A stretch of DNA of 64,000 bases. Origin: Squalus acanthias. Lineage: Eukaryota. How positions within the stretch are numbered: position 1 is the first letter of the stretch; the number at the start of each line of letters is the position of its first letter. Positions 26,550 to 38,963 of this stretch are shown here, one piece after another. The notes below the pieces were generated by a model. That model did no database searches. It was not told the origin of the DNA and saw only the letters and a program-made list of their open reading frames with translations. Position numbers and translations under genes: made by a program. Where the stretch lies: assembly GCA_030390025.1 (NCBI GenBank), contig CM059425.1, positions 177,446,001-177,510,000 of the forward strand, given 5' to 3'.

Positions 26550-27226
26550 AATACTGTCATGGACAGATGCATCTGCGACAGGTAGATTGGTGAGGACGAG
26601 GTCAAATAGGTTTTTCCCTCGTGTTGGTTCTCTCACCACCTGTCGCAGGCCCAGACTGGCCAGCTCGGTCAGTAGTGGTGCTACCAAGCCACTCAGTGAT
26701 GGACATTGAAGTCCCCCACCCAGAGTACATTCTGTGCACTTGCTACTCTCAGTGTGGTAGGTGGTAATCAGCTGAGGGAGGGCGATAGGTGGTAATCAGC
26801 AGGAGTTTTCCTTGCCCATGCTTGACCTGAAGCCATGAGACTTCATGGGGTCTAGAGTCAATGTTGAGGACTCCCAGGGCCATTCCTTCCCGACTGTATG
26901 CCACTGTGCCGCCACCCCTGGTGGGTCTATCCTGCCGGTGGGACAGGACATACCCAGGGATGGTGATGGAGGAGTTCGGAACATTGGCTGAAAGGTATGA
27001 TTCTGTGAGTAAGACTATGTCAGGCTGTTGCTTGACTAGTCTGTGGGACAGCTCTCCCAATTTGCAGGGTCGACTAGGGTGGGTGTGCCGTTGTGGTGTC
27101 CGTAGCCAGTGCCAAGGTCGATGCCGGGTGGTCCGTCTGGTTTTATTCTTATTATTGTGTTTCATACCAGTTTGTTACAACTGAGTGGCTTGCTAGGCCA
27201 TTTCAGAGGGCAGTTAAGAGTCAACC

Positions 27227-27541
27227 TTTAGAGCCATCCTTTGTTTCTTAACCTGTCCCATTACCATCTCTTTTTGCCTTGAATATCTCTCAATGTCTCT
27301 TAACCTCTCCTGCCTTCTATCCTATCACAGACCTTCCCTTTTGTTCTTTCATCCCCTCCCCCTTTCCCAGCCCCGACACTTGCTTAAAAATCTGTTCCAT
27401 TTCCTGCTGTTTTCCAGTTCTGACAAAAGGTCATCGACCTGAAACGTTAACTCTGTTTCTCTCTTCACAGATGCTGCCTGACCTGCTGAGTATCTCCAGC
27501 ATTTTCTGTTTTTATTTCAGATTTCCAGTATTTTCTTTTTG
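27227..27541 (+). mobile_element. Penelope-like 3'/pLTR fragment carrying a mutated hammerhead motif (27416-27452)
   Basis: Similar to the reverse complement of 34080-34370. 12-bp TSD TAAGAGTCAACC at 27215-27226 and 27542-27553. Core reads CUGACAA instead of CUGANGA. Confidence 0.85.
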
Positions 27542-29879
27542 TAAGAGTCAACCACATTGTGAGTCAGTCACATATAGGCCAGACCAGGTATGGATGGCAG
27601 ATTTCCTTCCCTAAAGGACATTAGTGAACCAGATGGGTTTTTACGACAATCCGATAGTTTCATGGTCACCATTACTGATACTAGCTTTTTAATTCCAGAT
27701 TTATTTAATTAACTGAATTTAAATTCCCCAGCTGCCGTGGTGGGATTTGAACTCACGTCTTTGGATTACTAGCCCAGTAACATTACCACTATGCTACTCT
27801 TCCAGATAGTGCATTACAATAGAGCTGCCAAGTTTTAGCCTTTTTGGAGGCAAGATGAAAAGCAAATATCAGACTGCACGTTGTTCAATGAATAATTACA
27901 ATTTTGATTGTAATGTGCTGTGGTATAAGTCATAGTATTCATGAAAATGTATCAATGCATTGTATAACATGGATCAATTGGATGACCTAGGTTTCCCAGC
28001 TGGTATGTGGCTCTACGGCAGCTGCTCCCTGGATTCTTCCTACCGCAGGGTACTCATTAACTTTTGGTGGAGGGCCACTTACTTGAAGACCTGTGCCACA
28101 AATTATAATGCATTTATTTTTAACAATAGCACACATATATACATCTACGTAAAAGATTTGAGACTGCCCAACACAATTTTACATCACACTTCATAGCATC
28201 AAAAGGGTTAAAAAAAAAATTCCACGAATGGTGGTCAGTTGAGACTATTTTCTGACCTGGAAATTTATAAGCACCTTCCATTCTGAAAACTCCCCTTCCC
28301 TGACCAAAAATCAATTCCATTTTGATTGCCCACAGGCTGTGTTTACTTAAAGTAGTTCAGGGTCGATTATAACCCAGCCCAACCGACGGGAATGGTGCAA
28401 GTGGGGGTGGAGGGGGTAATGCCAAATCATGCGATTTAATCACGAGACACACGATTTTTAAGGAAAATCCACCCCAACTCGCAGTCTCGCAATTCAACAG
28501 CGAAAACTCATGCTTTTTCTGCTGTCTTCATCTTCGCCACGCCTCCTGTGATTGGCTGCTGCTGGGACACGTTGGTTTGGATCCGCGGTCCCCCTCCATT
28601 AGTAGTCTCCCACGAATGGATTTTGCAATCAGAAGTTTCCCCTGCTTCCCTGTGTATTTGAGACAATTGGAATAGTCTCGGATACAAAGACTGCATGTGC
28701 ACTGTTGGACACCATTTGCAATGCATGTTGGGCGAGTTCACTGGCTTGAGGATTATCTTGGTAAGTTTTTTTTGATTGAAAGCTGAGGGTTGGGCAGGGA
28801 AAATCACTGTGTCTCCCTTTATTAATTGTCGGAGTTCTGATGCCATTTTCAGAGGCTGTTTTAAATCCTTCGCATCTGCCCCTCTGACCGGGGTCTGTCT
28901 CTTCCTGGGATCAGGATATTTTATTCTTTTCCGGGGAGGGCAAGCGAGTAGATTAAAAATAATTAACCGGGAAAGAGAGATCCAAGCAGAGTGAGCAGTC
29001 CAAAGTAACAAAATATGCGGAAAAAAATCCAATCAGCTCCGGGGACCATCTCGGCCGGAGTTGGGGGTTCACCAGTGGCGGAGAGAGTAATCTTGAAGTG
29101 AAAGAGTGACGGCAGAATTTAATTCAGTTAACATGGAAATTATTCCTCTAACCTCTCACAATAATCCCCAAAATGTACCAGAAAAAGAATAGCTTGAGAG
29201 ATCACCCTTAATTCTTACCCCCCAAAAATTTCAGTTGATCCACTCGCAGTTTGGCGTTCTGCTGTCTGTTTGGAGACAGGGGTGGCTGAACAAAGGGGGC
29301 CAACTGCGACCCAGTTGTTTGCTGTTTTCGCCAGGAATGGCAGCCTACAGGAGCGGGCGGGGAAGAGTGTCGGTATTGGCGGTCTCGGGGTCCAGGTCTT
29401 CTTGCAAGCAGCAGCCGACGGCTGCTTGACTCCTCGCAGTGCAGCGAACAGGCGCCGTCTGCTCTGGGAAAGACTCAGGTAAATGAGTTCATTTGCACGT
29501 GGCCTTGGAGGGGTGGGGGGAGCGGGGCGGAAAGAAAGAGGCTTGCCAGTCTTTGGGCCTGCAGCAAGCCTTTGCCTCCTCCCAGTGGTTTGTTCTGGCG
29601 GCCTCGTGGGGAGGTGGGTGTTAAGGGTGGGGTGGGGGGTAGGGGGTGTGAAAGAGTAGAAAAGAGCAGTGTTTTTGTAGGGTGTGGGTGGGGCTATGAA
29701 AGTCAGTCCCTGTTCCCTTGGCCAGGGGAAAATCAGCTGGGGCACTTGCTTTCAATTGCGATGGAGTACACGTTGTGTGCAGTGTAAACGTACAGGAATT
29801 GGCTCAGCAGTGATTCCTGTCAACCCTCACGAGAAGGGAGAAGGGGGTGAGAAATCTGATATCTGACATCTCTTTTGTA

Positions 29880-32800
29880 GCCCTACTATTCAAAAAAGGT
29901 GGTAGAGAGAAAACGGGGAATTACAGACCGGTAAGCCTGACATCGATAGTGGGGAAAATGCTAGAGTCCATTATAAAAGATGTAATAGCAGAGCACTTGG
30001 AAAACAGTGACAGGATCGGACAAAGTCAACATGGATTTACAAAAGGTAAATCGTGCTTGACTAATCTACTGGAATTTTTTGAGGAGGTAACTGGTAAAAT
30101 AGATAAGGGAGAACCAGTGGATAGAGTCATAGAGTTATACAGCACGGATAGAGGCCCTTCGGCCCATCGTGTCCGCGCCGGCCATCAAGCCCTGTCTAAT
30201 CTAATCCCATATTCCAGCATTTGGTCCGTAGCCTTGTATGCTATGGCATTTCAAGTGCTCATCCAAATGCTTCTTGAATGTTGTGAGGGTTCCTGCCTCC
30301 ACAACCCTTTCAGGCAGTGAGTTCCAGAGTCCAACCACCCTCTGGGTGAAAAAGTTCTTTCTCAAATCCCTTCTAAACCTCCCGCCCTTTACCTTGAATC
30401 TATGCCCCCTTGTTATAGACCCCTCTACTAAGGGAAAAAGCTCCTTAGTATCCATCCTATCTATGCCCCTCATAATTTTGTACACCTCAATCATGTCCCC
30501 CCTCAGCCTCCTCTGCTCCAAGGAAAACAAACCCAATCTGCCCAGTCTCTCTTCATAGCTGAAGCACTCCAGCCCGGGTAACATTCTGGTGAATCTCCTC
30601 TGCACCCTCTCCAAAGCGATCACATCCTTCCTGTAGTGTGGCGACCAGAACTGCACACAGTATTCCAGATGTGGCCTAACCAGTGTTTTATACAGCTCCA
30701 TCATAACCTCCTTGCTCTTATATTCTATGCCTCGGCTAATGAATGCAAGTATCCCATATGCCTTTTTTACCACCTTATCCACCTGTTCCGCCGCCTTCAG
30801 GGATCTGTGTACTTGCACACCAAGATCCCTCTGACCCTCCGTCTTGCCTAGGGTCTTTACCATTCATTGTGTATTCCCTTGCCTTGTTAGTCCCTCCAAA
30901 GTGCATCACCTCGCACTTTTCTGGATTAAATTCCATTTGCCACTGTTCCGCCCATCTGACCAACCCATCTATATCGTCCTGCAGACTGAGGCTACCCTCC
31001 TCGCTATTTACCACCCTACCAATTTTTGTATCATCCGCGAACTTACTGATCATACCTTTTACATTCATATCCAAGTCGTTAATGTAGACCACAAACAGCA
31101 AGGGACCCAGCACCGATCCCTGTGGTACCCCACTGGCCACAGGCTTCCAGTCACAAAAACAACCTTCGACCATCACCCTCTGCCTTCTGCCACTGAGCCA
31201 GTTTTGTATCCAATGTGCCAAGGCACCCTGGATTCCATGGGCTCTTACCTTCTTGACCAGTCTCCTGTGCGGGACTTTATCGAAGGCCTTACTGAAATCC
31301 ATGTATACCACATCCACTGCGTTACCCTCATCCACACACCTAGTCACCCCCTCAAAAAATTCAATCAAATTAGTCAGACATGATCTTCCCTTGACAAAGC
31401 CATGTTGGCTAACCCTGATTAATCCTTGCCTCTCCAAGTGGAGACTGATTTTGTCCATCAGAATTTTTTCCAATAATTTTCCTACCACTGATGTTAGGCT
31501 CACTGGCCTGTAGTTCCCCGGTTTTTCCCTACTCCCTTTCTTGAATAATGGTACTACATTAGCGGTTCTCCAGTCCTCTGGCACATCCCCTGTGGCCAGA
31601 GAGGTTCTGAATGTATGTGTTAGAGCCCCCGCAATCTCCTTTGCCTCACACAGCAGCCTGGGATACATTTCGTCCGGACCTGGGGATTTATCCATTTTTA
31701 GACCTGCTAAAACCGCCAATACCTCCTCCCTCTCGATGTTAAAATGTTCGAGTATATCACAATCCCCCTGCCCTAATTTTATGTCTGCATCGTCCTTCTC
31801 CATAGTGAAAACAGATGCAAAAAATTCATTTAGAACCCCACCTACATCTTCCGGCTCCACACACACATTGCCACTTTTGTCCCTAATGGGCCCTATTTTT
31901 TCCCTAGTTATCCTCTTACCCTTAATATACTTACAAAACATCTTAGGATTTTCCTTTATTTTGCTCGCCAGTGTTATTTCATGGCCCCTCTTTGATCTCC
32001 TAATTTCTTTTTTAAGTATCCCCCTGCACTTTTTGTACTCCTCTAGTGCTTTCTCCGTCTTCAGCATTTTGTATCTGCCAAAAGCCCTCCTTTTTTTCCT
32101 GATCCATTCTCGTATATCCCCTGACAACCAAGGTTCCCTGCGGTTTTTGGAACCACCCTTGACCTTTACGGGAACATGCTGCCATTGTATGATCTCAATC
32201 TCCCTTCTGAAAGAATCCCATTGCTCCGATGCGGATTTTCCTACAAGCAGCTGATCCCAGTCCCTTTTGGCCAGATCCTGCCTTATCCTATTAAAATCGG
32301 CCTTCCCCCAATTTAGAACCTTTATTTCCGGCCCATCCCTGTCCTTTTCCATGACCACCTTAAATCTCACCGTATTATGGTCACTGTCACCAACGTGCTC
32401 ACCTACTAGCACTTCTTCCACTTGGCCGGCCACATTCCCTAGAATTAGGTCTAGTACCGCCCCCTCTCTTGTAGGACTTTCTACATGCTGGCTCAAAAAG
32501 CTCTCCTGGATGCACTTTAAGAATTTTTAACCCTCTAAGCCTTTCACACTCTGACTATCCCAGTTAATATTGGGGAAGTTGAAATCCCCATTATTATTAC
32601 CCTATTATTTGCACATTTCTCTGAGATTTGCCTACATATCTGTTCCTCTATCTCCCCCTGACTGTTTGGGGGCCTATAGTACGCTCCCAGCAAAGTGCTT
32701 GCCCCCTTTTTGTTTTTAAGCTCCACCCATATAGCCTCATTGGAGGAACCTGCTAATATATCATCCCTCCTTATGGCAGTAATTGATTCCTTAATTAATA

Positions 32801-34020
32801 TTGCGACACCCCCTCCTCTTATACCTCCCCCTCTGTCTCGCCTGAAGATGTGGTGTATTTGGACTTTCAGAAGGCTTTCGATAAGGTCCCGCATAAGAGA
32901 TTAGCGTGTAAAGTTAAGGCACATGGGATTGGGGGTAAGGTATTGACTTGGATAGAGAACTGGTTGGCAGACAGAAAGCAAAGAGTTGGAATAAATGGGT
33001 CTTTTTCCGAGTGGCAGGCAGTGACTAGTGGGGTACCGCAGGGATCGGTGCTAGGACCCCAGCTATTCACAATATATATTAATGATCTAGACGAGGGAAT
33101 TGGATGTAATATCTCCAAGTTTGCAGATGACACAAAGCTGGCTGGGAGTGTGTGCCATGAGGAGGATGCCGAGAAACTCCAGTATGATTTGGACAGGTTG
33201 GGAGATTGGGCAGAAGCATGGCAGGTGCAATATAATGCGGATAAATGCGAGGTTATCCACTTTGGTGTCAAAAACAGGAAGGCAGATTATTATCTGAACG
33301 GCAATAGATTGGGAGAAGGGGAAGTGCAACGAGACCTGGGTGTCCTTGTGCACCAGTCGCTGAAGGCAAATGGTATGTTGGCCTTCATAGCGAAAGGGTT
33401 CGAGTACAGGAACAAGGATGTCTTGCTGCAGTTGTACAGGGCCTTGGTGAGACCACATCTTGAGTATTGTGTGCAGTTTTGGTCGCCTTATCTGAGGAAG
33501 GATGTTCTTGCCATGGAGGGAGTGCAGCGAAGATTCACCAGGCTGATACCTGGGATGGCAGGAATGACATATGTGGAGAGATTGGGTCGGTTGGGCTTAT
33601 ACTCACTGGAGTTTAGAAGAATGAGAGGGGATCTCATTGAAACTTATAAAATTCTAACGGGACTAGACAGACTAGATGCAGGAAGGATGTTCCCGATGGC
33701 CGGTGAGTCCAGAACCAGGGGTCACAGTCTAAGGATAAGGGGTAAGCCATTTAGGACTGAGATGAGGAGGAATTTCTTCACCCAGAGAGTGGTGAACCTG
33801 TGGAATTCTCTACCACAGAAGGCAGTAGAGGCCAATTCATTAAATATATTCAAGAAGGAGTTAGATATATTTCTTAAAGCTAAAGGGATCAAGGGATATG
33901 GAGAGAAGGCAGGGACAGGGTACTGAATTTGGATGATCAGCCATGATCTCATTGAATGGCGGAGCAGGCTCGAGGGGCTGAATGGCCTGCTCCTGATCCT
34001 ATCTTCTATGTTTCTATGTT
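29880..34020 (+). mobile_element. CR1 LINE RT region (29880-30122 plus 32847-34020) split by another CR1
   Basis: ...KGEPVD|VVYLDFQKAF is colinear across the insert with GAT at both junctions. Nearly identical to 59373-60788; ends in CTATGTTT repeats. Confidence 0.93.
30123..32846 (-). mobile_element. 2.7-kb CR1 LINE (partial APE, RT, 3' tail)
   Basis: ORFs 32544-32894, 30775-32496 and 30201-30863 tile ORF2 with two frameshifts; tail ends CTATGACTCT. Confidence 0.95.
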
Positions 34021-34021
34021 T

Positions 34022-34065
34022 TGTGTGTGTGTTTGTTTGTTTGTATGTTGTGTGTGTGTGTATGT
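34022..34065. repeat. (GT)n/(GTTT)n microsatellite
   Basis: Simple repeat between the CR1 tail and the Penelope-like element 3' end. Confidence 0.8.
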
Positions 34066-34147
34066 CCAAGAGGGAGAAAGCAAAATAACAACAGAAAACG
34101 CTGGAAAAACTCAGCAGGCCAGGCAGCATCCGTGGAGAGAGAAACAG

Positions 34148-34184
34148 AGTTAACGTTTCAGGTCGAAGACCTTTCGTCAGAACT
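34148..34184 (-). ncRNA. Minimal type-I hammerhead ribozyme motif (family 1) in the Penelope-like 3' region
   Basis: AGUU-CUGACGA-A-AGGUC(UUC)GACCU-GAAA-CG-UU-AACU: intact core, helix I AGUU/AACU, palindromic ACGU at helix III. Confidence 0.85.
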
Positions 34185-35100
34185 GGAAAAAAGCAGGAAA
34201 TGAAATAGATTTAAAGCAAGTATAAAGCTGGGAAAAGGGGGAGGGGATGAAAGAACAAAGGGGAAAGTCAGTGGTGGGATAGAAAGCAGGAGAGATTAAG
34301 AGACATTGAGAGACATTAAGAGATAATCAAGGCAAGAGGAGGTGTTAATGTGACAGGTTGAGGCTAGATGAAGTGTGAGATGCGCTGGCAGAATGAAGGA
34401 CAGCTGCCAGCTTCTGGGAGGGAAAAAAAAAGCCAAACAAAAGGGTGGATGAAAAAATAAAATAAATATATATAAATGTGATAGGGGCCGAGGTTATGAT
34501 CTGAAATTGTTGAACTCGATGTTGAGTCCAGAGGGCTGTAGTGTGCCTAAACGAAAGATGAGGCGCTGTTCCTCGAGCTTACGCTGAGCTTCCGTGGAAC
34601 AATGCAAGGGGCCGAGGACGGTGAGGTCAGAGTGGGAGTGGAGCGGAGAATTAAAGTGACAGGCCACCGGGAGCTCGGGGTCCCCCTTACGGACTGAACG
34701 GAGGTGTTCCGCAAAGCGGTCACTCAATCTGCGTTTGGTCTCCCCAATTTAGAGGAGACCACAATGTGAGCAGCGAATACAGTATACTAAATTGCAGGAA
34801 GTACAAGTAAATCGCTGTTTCACCTGGAAGGGGTGTTTGGGGCCCTGGACAGTGGGAAGAGGGGAGGTATAAGGGCATGTGTTGCATCTCCTGCGCTTGC
34901 ACGGGAAGGTGCCGGGGGTAGGGGTGCTGGGGGTGGTAGAGGAGTGGACTAGGGTGTCGCGGAGGGAGCGGTTCCTGCGGAATGCTGAAAGGGGAGGTGA
35001 GGGGAAGATGCGTTTGGTGGTGGGATCACGCTGGAGGTGGCGGAAATGGCGGAGGATGATCCGTTGAATGTGGAGGCTGGTGGGGTGAAAGGTGAGGACA

Positions 35101-37050
35101 GTTTAAGATAGAGCAAAGGAGGGCAAAGGGCTTAATCAAGAAGGGCAAAATAGCTTACGAAAGCAAGCTGGCGGAAAATATAAAAACTAACTCCAAAAGC
35201 TTTTATAAGTATATCAAGAGGAAAAGACTGGTGAAAACCAAAGTTGGTCCATTGCAGTCAGATACGGGGGAATATATAATGGGAAATAAGGAAATGGCAG
35301 ACCAACTAAATGCATACTTTGGGTCAGTCTTTACGAAGGAAGACACAAAAAACCTCCCTGGGATATCGGGAAAAATAGGGACATTGGCAAAGGAGGAACT
35401 GACGCAAATCAATATCTCTAAGGATATGGTGTTAAGGAAGCTAAAGGGATTGAAGGCGGACAAATCCCCAGGGCCTGATAACATGCATCCTAGGGTACTG
35501 AAGGAGGTGGCCCTAGAGATAGCGGATGCACTAAGCATGATTTTTCAGAATTCATTAGACTCGGGAACAGTGCCCATGGATTGGAGGGTAGCTAACGTTA
35601 CCCCACTATTCAAAAAGGGGGGTAGGGAAAAAGCAGGTAATTACAGACCTGTAAGCCTTACATCAGTTGTGGGCAAAATGCTGGAGTCCATCATTAAGGA
35701 TGAAATAGCCGAGCACTTAGCAAATGGGGACAGGATAGGACAGAGTCAACATGGATTTACAAAGGGTAAATCGTGCTTGACTAATCTATTGGAATTTTTT
35801 GAGGGAGTAACTGGTAAAATAGATGGGGGAGAGCCAGTAGATGTGGTGTACCTGGACTTCCAAAAGGCCTTCGATAAGGTCCCACATAAAAGATTAGCAT
35901 GGAAAATTGAAGCTCATGGGATAAAGGGGAAAGTATTGACGTGGATAGAGAACTGGCTGTCAGATAGAAAACAGAGAGTTGGAATAAACGGCTCATTTTC
36001 TGAATGGCAGGCAGTAACAAGTGGGGTACCACAGGGATCTGTCCTGGGTCCCCAGCTGTTCACAATTTATATTAATGACCTGGATCAGGGAGTCGAATGC
36101 AGCATTTCCAAATTTGCAGACGACACTAAACTAGGAGGGGGGGTGGGCTCAGAGGAGGAGACCAGGAAGCTCCAGAGCGATTTGGACAGACTGGGTGATT
36201 GGGCGGATAAATGGCAGATGCACTATAATGTGGACAAGTGCGAAGTTATCCACCTTGGGTGCAGGAACGGGAGGGCAAATTATTATTTAAATGGCAATAA
36301 ATTGGGAGAGGGGGAAGTACAGAGAGACCTGGGTGTTCTTGTACACCAGTCACTGAAGGCGAGCATGCAGGTGCAACAGGCGGTCAAGAAGGCAAACGGT
36401 ATGCTGGCCTTCATAGCAAAAGGGTTGGAATACAGGAACAGGGATACCTTGCTGCAGCTGTACAGGGCACTGGTGAGACCACACCTCGAGTACTGTGTAC
36501 AGTTTTGGTCGCCTCATCTGAGGAAAGATGTTCTTGCCATGGAGGGGGTGCAGCGGCGATTCACCAGGCTGATACCAGGAATGGCGGGATTGACCTATGA
36601 GGAGAGACTATGTAGTTTAGGGATGTACACACTGGAGTTTAGAAGATTGAGAGGGGACCTCATAGAAGTGTATAAAATTCTGACAGGTCTAGACAGATTA
36701 GATGCAGAAGGAATGTTTCCCTTGGCGGGTGAGAACAGAACTAGAGGACATAATTTAAGGATAAGGGCTAAACCATTTAGGACAGAAATGAGGGGGAATT
36801 TCTTCACTCAGAGAGTGGTGAACCTGTGGAACTCATTGCCACAGAGGGCAGTGTACGCCAGCTCATTAAATATATTTAAGAGGGAATTAGATATATTTCT
36901 ACAGGCAAAAGGGGTTAAGGGTTACGGAGAGAAGGCGGGGACGGGATACTGAATTGAAGGATCAGCCATGATCTCATTAAATGGCGGAGCAGGCTCGAAG
37001 GGCCGGATGGCCTACTCCTGCTCCTATCTTCTATGTATCTATGTATGTAT
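35101..37050 (+). mobile_element. Young 5'-truncated CR1 LINE with an uninterrupted RT frame
   Basis: Frame open from 35102 to 36952 with all RT motifs; tail of TATG repeats; GACA duplicated at 35097-35100 and 37051-37054. Confidence 0.95.
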
Positions 37051-38631
37051 GACAAGGGGAACTCTATCATGGTTCCGGGAGGGAGGGGCAGGGGTGAGGG
37101 CAGAAGTGCGGGAGATAGAACAGACACGGTCGAGGGCCGTGTCAACCACAGTAGAGGGGAATCCTCGGTTGCGGAAAAAGGAAGACATGTCGGAAGCACT
37201 GGTATGGAAGGTGGCATCGTCAGAGCAGATGTGGCGGAGAGGGAGAAACTGGGAGAATGGAATAGAGTCCTTACAGGAGGCGGGGTGGGAGGAAGTGTAG
37301 TCCAGGTAGCTGTGGGAGTCAGTGGGCTTGTAGTGAATGTCAGTCAATAACCTATCCCCAGAGATGGAGACGGAGAAGTCGAGGAAGGGAAGGGAAGAGT
37401 CGGAGATGGACCATGTGAAGGTGAGGGAAGGGTGGAAATTGGAAGCATAGTGAATGAAATGTTCTAGTTCAGGGCGAGAGCAGGAGATGGCACCGATACA
37501 GACATCAATATACCGGAAAAAGAGGTGAGGGAGGGGACCCGAGTAGGACTGGAACAAAGAGTGTTCCACATATCCCACGAAAAGGCAGGCATAGCTAGGA
37601 CCCATGCGGGTACCCATAACAACACCTTTGATTTGGAGGAAATGGGTGGAGTCAAAGGAGAAGTTGTTCAATGTGAGAACAAGTTCAGCCAGGCGGAGGA
37701 GGGTGGTGGTGGATGGGGACTGGTTGGGCCTCTGTTCAAGGAAGAAGCGGAGCGCCCTCAGGCCATCCTGGTGGGGGATGGAGGTGTAGAGGGATTGTAC
37801 GTCCATAGTGAAAAGGAGGCAGTTGGGGCCAGGAAACTGGAAACTGTTAAAGTGGCGGAGGGCGTCGGAAGAGTCACGGATGTAGGTGGGAAGAGACTGG
37901 ACAAGGGGAGAAAAAATAGAGTCGAGATAGGAAGAGATAAGTTCCGTGGGGCAAGAACAGGCTGAAATGATGGGTCTACCGGGGCAGTCCTGTTTGTGGA
38001 TCTTGGGAAGGAGGTAGAAGCGGGCTGTGCGGGGTTGGGGAACTATGAGGTTGGCGGCCGTGGGGGGAAGGTCTCCAGAGGAGATGAGGTCAGTGACGGT
38101 CTTGGAAATGATGGCTTGATGTTCGGTAGTGGGGTCATGGTCCAGGTGGAGGTAGGAGGAGGTGTCGGAGAGTTGACGTTCAGCTTCCGCTAGGTAGAGG
38201 TCAGTACGCCAAACAACAACAGCACCACCCTTGTCAGCAGGTATAATGACAATGTCGGGGTTGGATCTGAGGGAATAGAGTGCGGCAAGTTCAGAGGGAG
38301 GTAGGTTGGAATGAGAGAGGGGAGCAGAGAAATTGAGACGGCCGATGTCACGCCGGCAGTTAGCAATGAAAAGATCTAAAGAGGGTAAGAGGCCAGAGGG
38401 AGGGGTCCAGGTAGAATGGGAATTCTGAAAGCGGGAGAAAGGGTCAGCCGTGCGGGGCGAAGACTCCTGGCCAAAGAAGTGGGCACGGAGGCGAAGGCGG
38501 CGGAAAAAGAGCTCAGCATCGTGCCGAGCTCGAAATTCATTGAGGTGGGGACGTAAGGGAGAAAGCAATCCGGTTTGTCTCCATGCATACTGCAAAATGA
38601 TGGGTCTGAGTTGTGCTATGATTTTGTAGTA

Positions 38632-38963
38632 CAGGAAACTTTCGTTTATCCGGCACCCAAATATCCGGAATTCTCGCTTAACCGGCAAAAATCAGGTAAG
38701 TTTTATTGTACAGACAAGACCCCGATTCTGACCTTTCGCCCCCACGAAAGGGGGGTCAACGTTCTTCCGACTCGGACCCGTCACGGCCACAGAGGAAAAA
38801 GCCGGAGTCTCGTTTACTTTCCCTCTCCGGGTCCCAATTGTTAAGCCTGTGGCCGTGTATGGGGCTCTCGTACCTTGGTAAGTATAGCTCTCTGTAATCC
38901 GGCACTTTCGATCAACCGGCACCACGCCGGTCCCGTCGGTGCCGGATAAACGAAAGTTTCCTG
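38632..38963. mobile_element. Tc1/mariner-pogo (Tigger-like) MITE, 332 bp
   Basis: Perfect 26-bp TIRs CAGGAAACTTTCGTTTATCCGGCACC flanked by TA on both sides (38630-38631 and 38964-38965). Confidence 0.9.

Larger units (their letters stand above)
23927..27798 (-). mobile_element. Near full-length degraded CR1/Jockey-group LINE ('family B': APE + RT) with a tRNA-like 5' head and three internal insertions
   Basis: PDIVLLTES, YRPPS and GDFN (APE); GPDNIP, GVPQGSVLGP, FADD and YKAQVRSVMEY (RT). The 3' tail is shared with 26078-26549, 40285-43283, 46815-48297 and 54738-55007. A-box at 27786-27796 and B-box at 27742-27754. Confidence 0.88.
34070..38560 (-). mobile_element. Penelope-like retroelement, 5'-truncated: RT at 37051-38560, GIY-YIG endonuclease and 3' region at 34070-35100; interrupted by a CR1; inactivated
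   Basis: ADKGGAVVVW, FYLLPKIHK, PGRPIIS, MDVQSLYTSIP, MGTRMGPSYA. YIDV replaces YIDD. The C-terminal part reads CxxxxCxxC...LVYCIRCSHCGLL*IGET...RFAEH...GLN with a premature TAA at 34751-34749. DRVPLV|LTFHP is colinear across the insert. Confidence 0.93.

Noticed and set aside
27730..27798. tRNA gene
   Set aside because: A and B boxes are present but no convincing cloverleaf can be formed; it is a repeat head.
28508..29787. ORFs of 170+ aa in the GC-rich block
   Set aside because: Low-complexity translations with no recognisable domain or exon structure.
31541..32254. 237-aa plus-strand ORF and similar antisense ORFs over LINEs
   Set aside because: Shadow frames of CR1 or PLE coding sequence.
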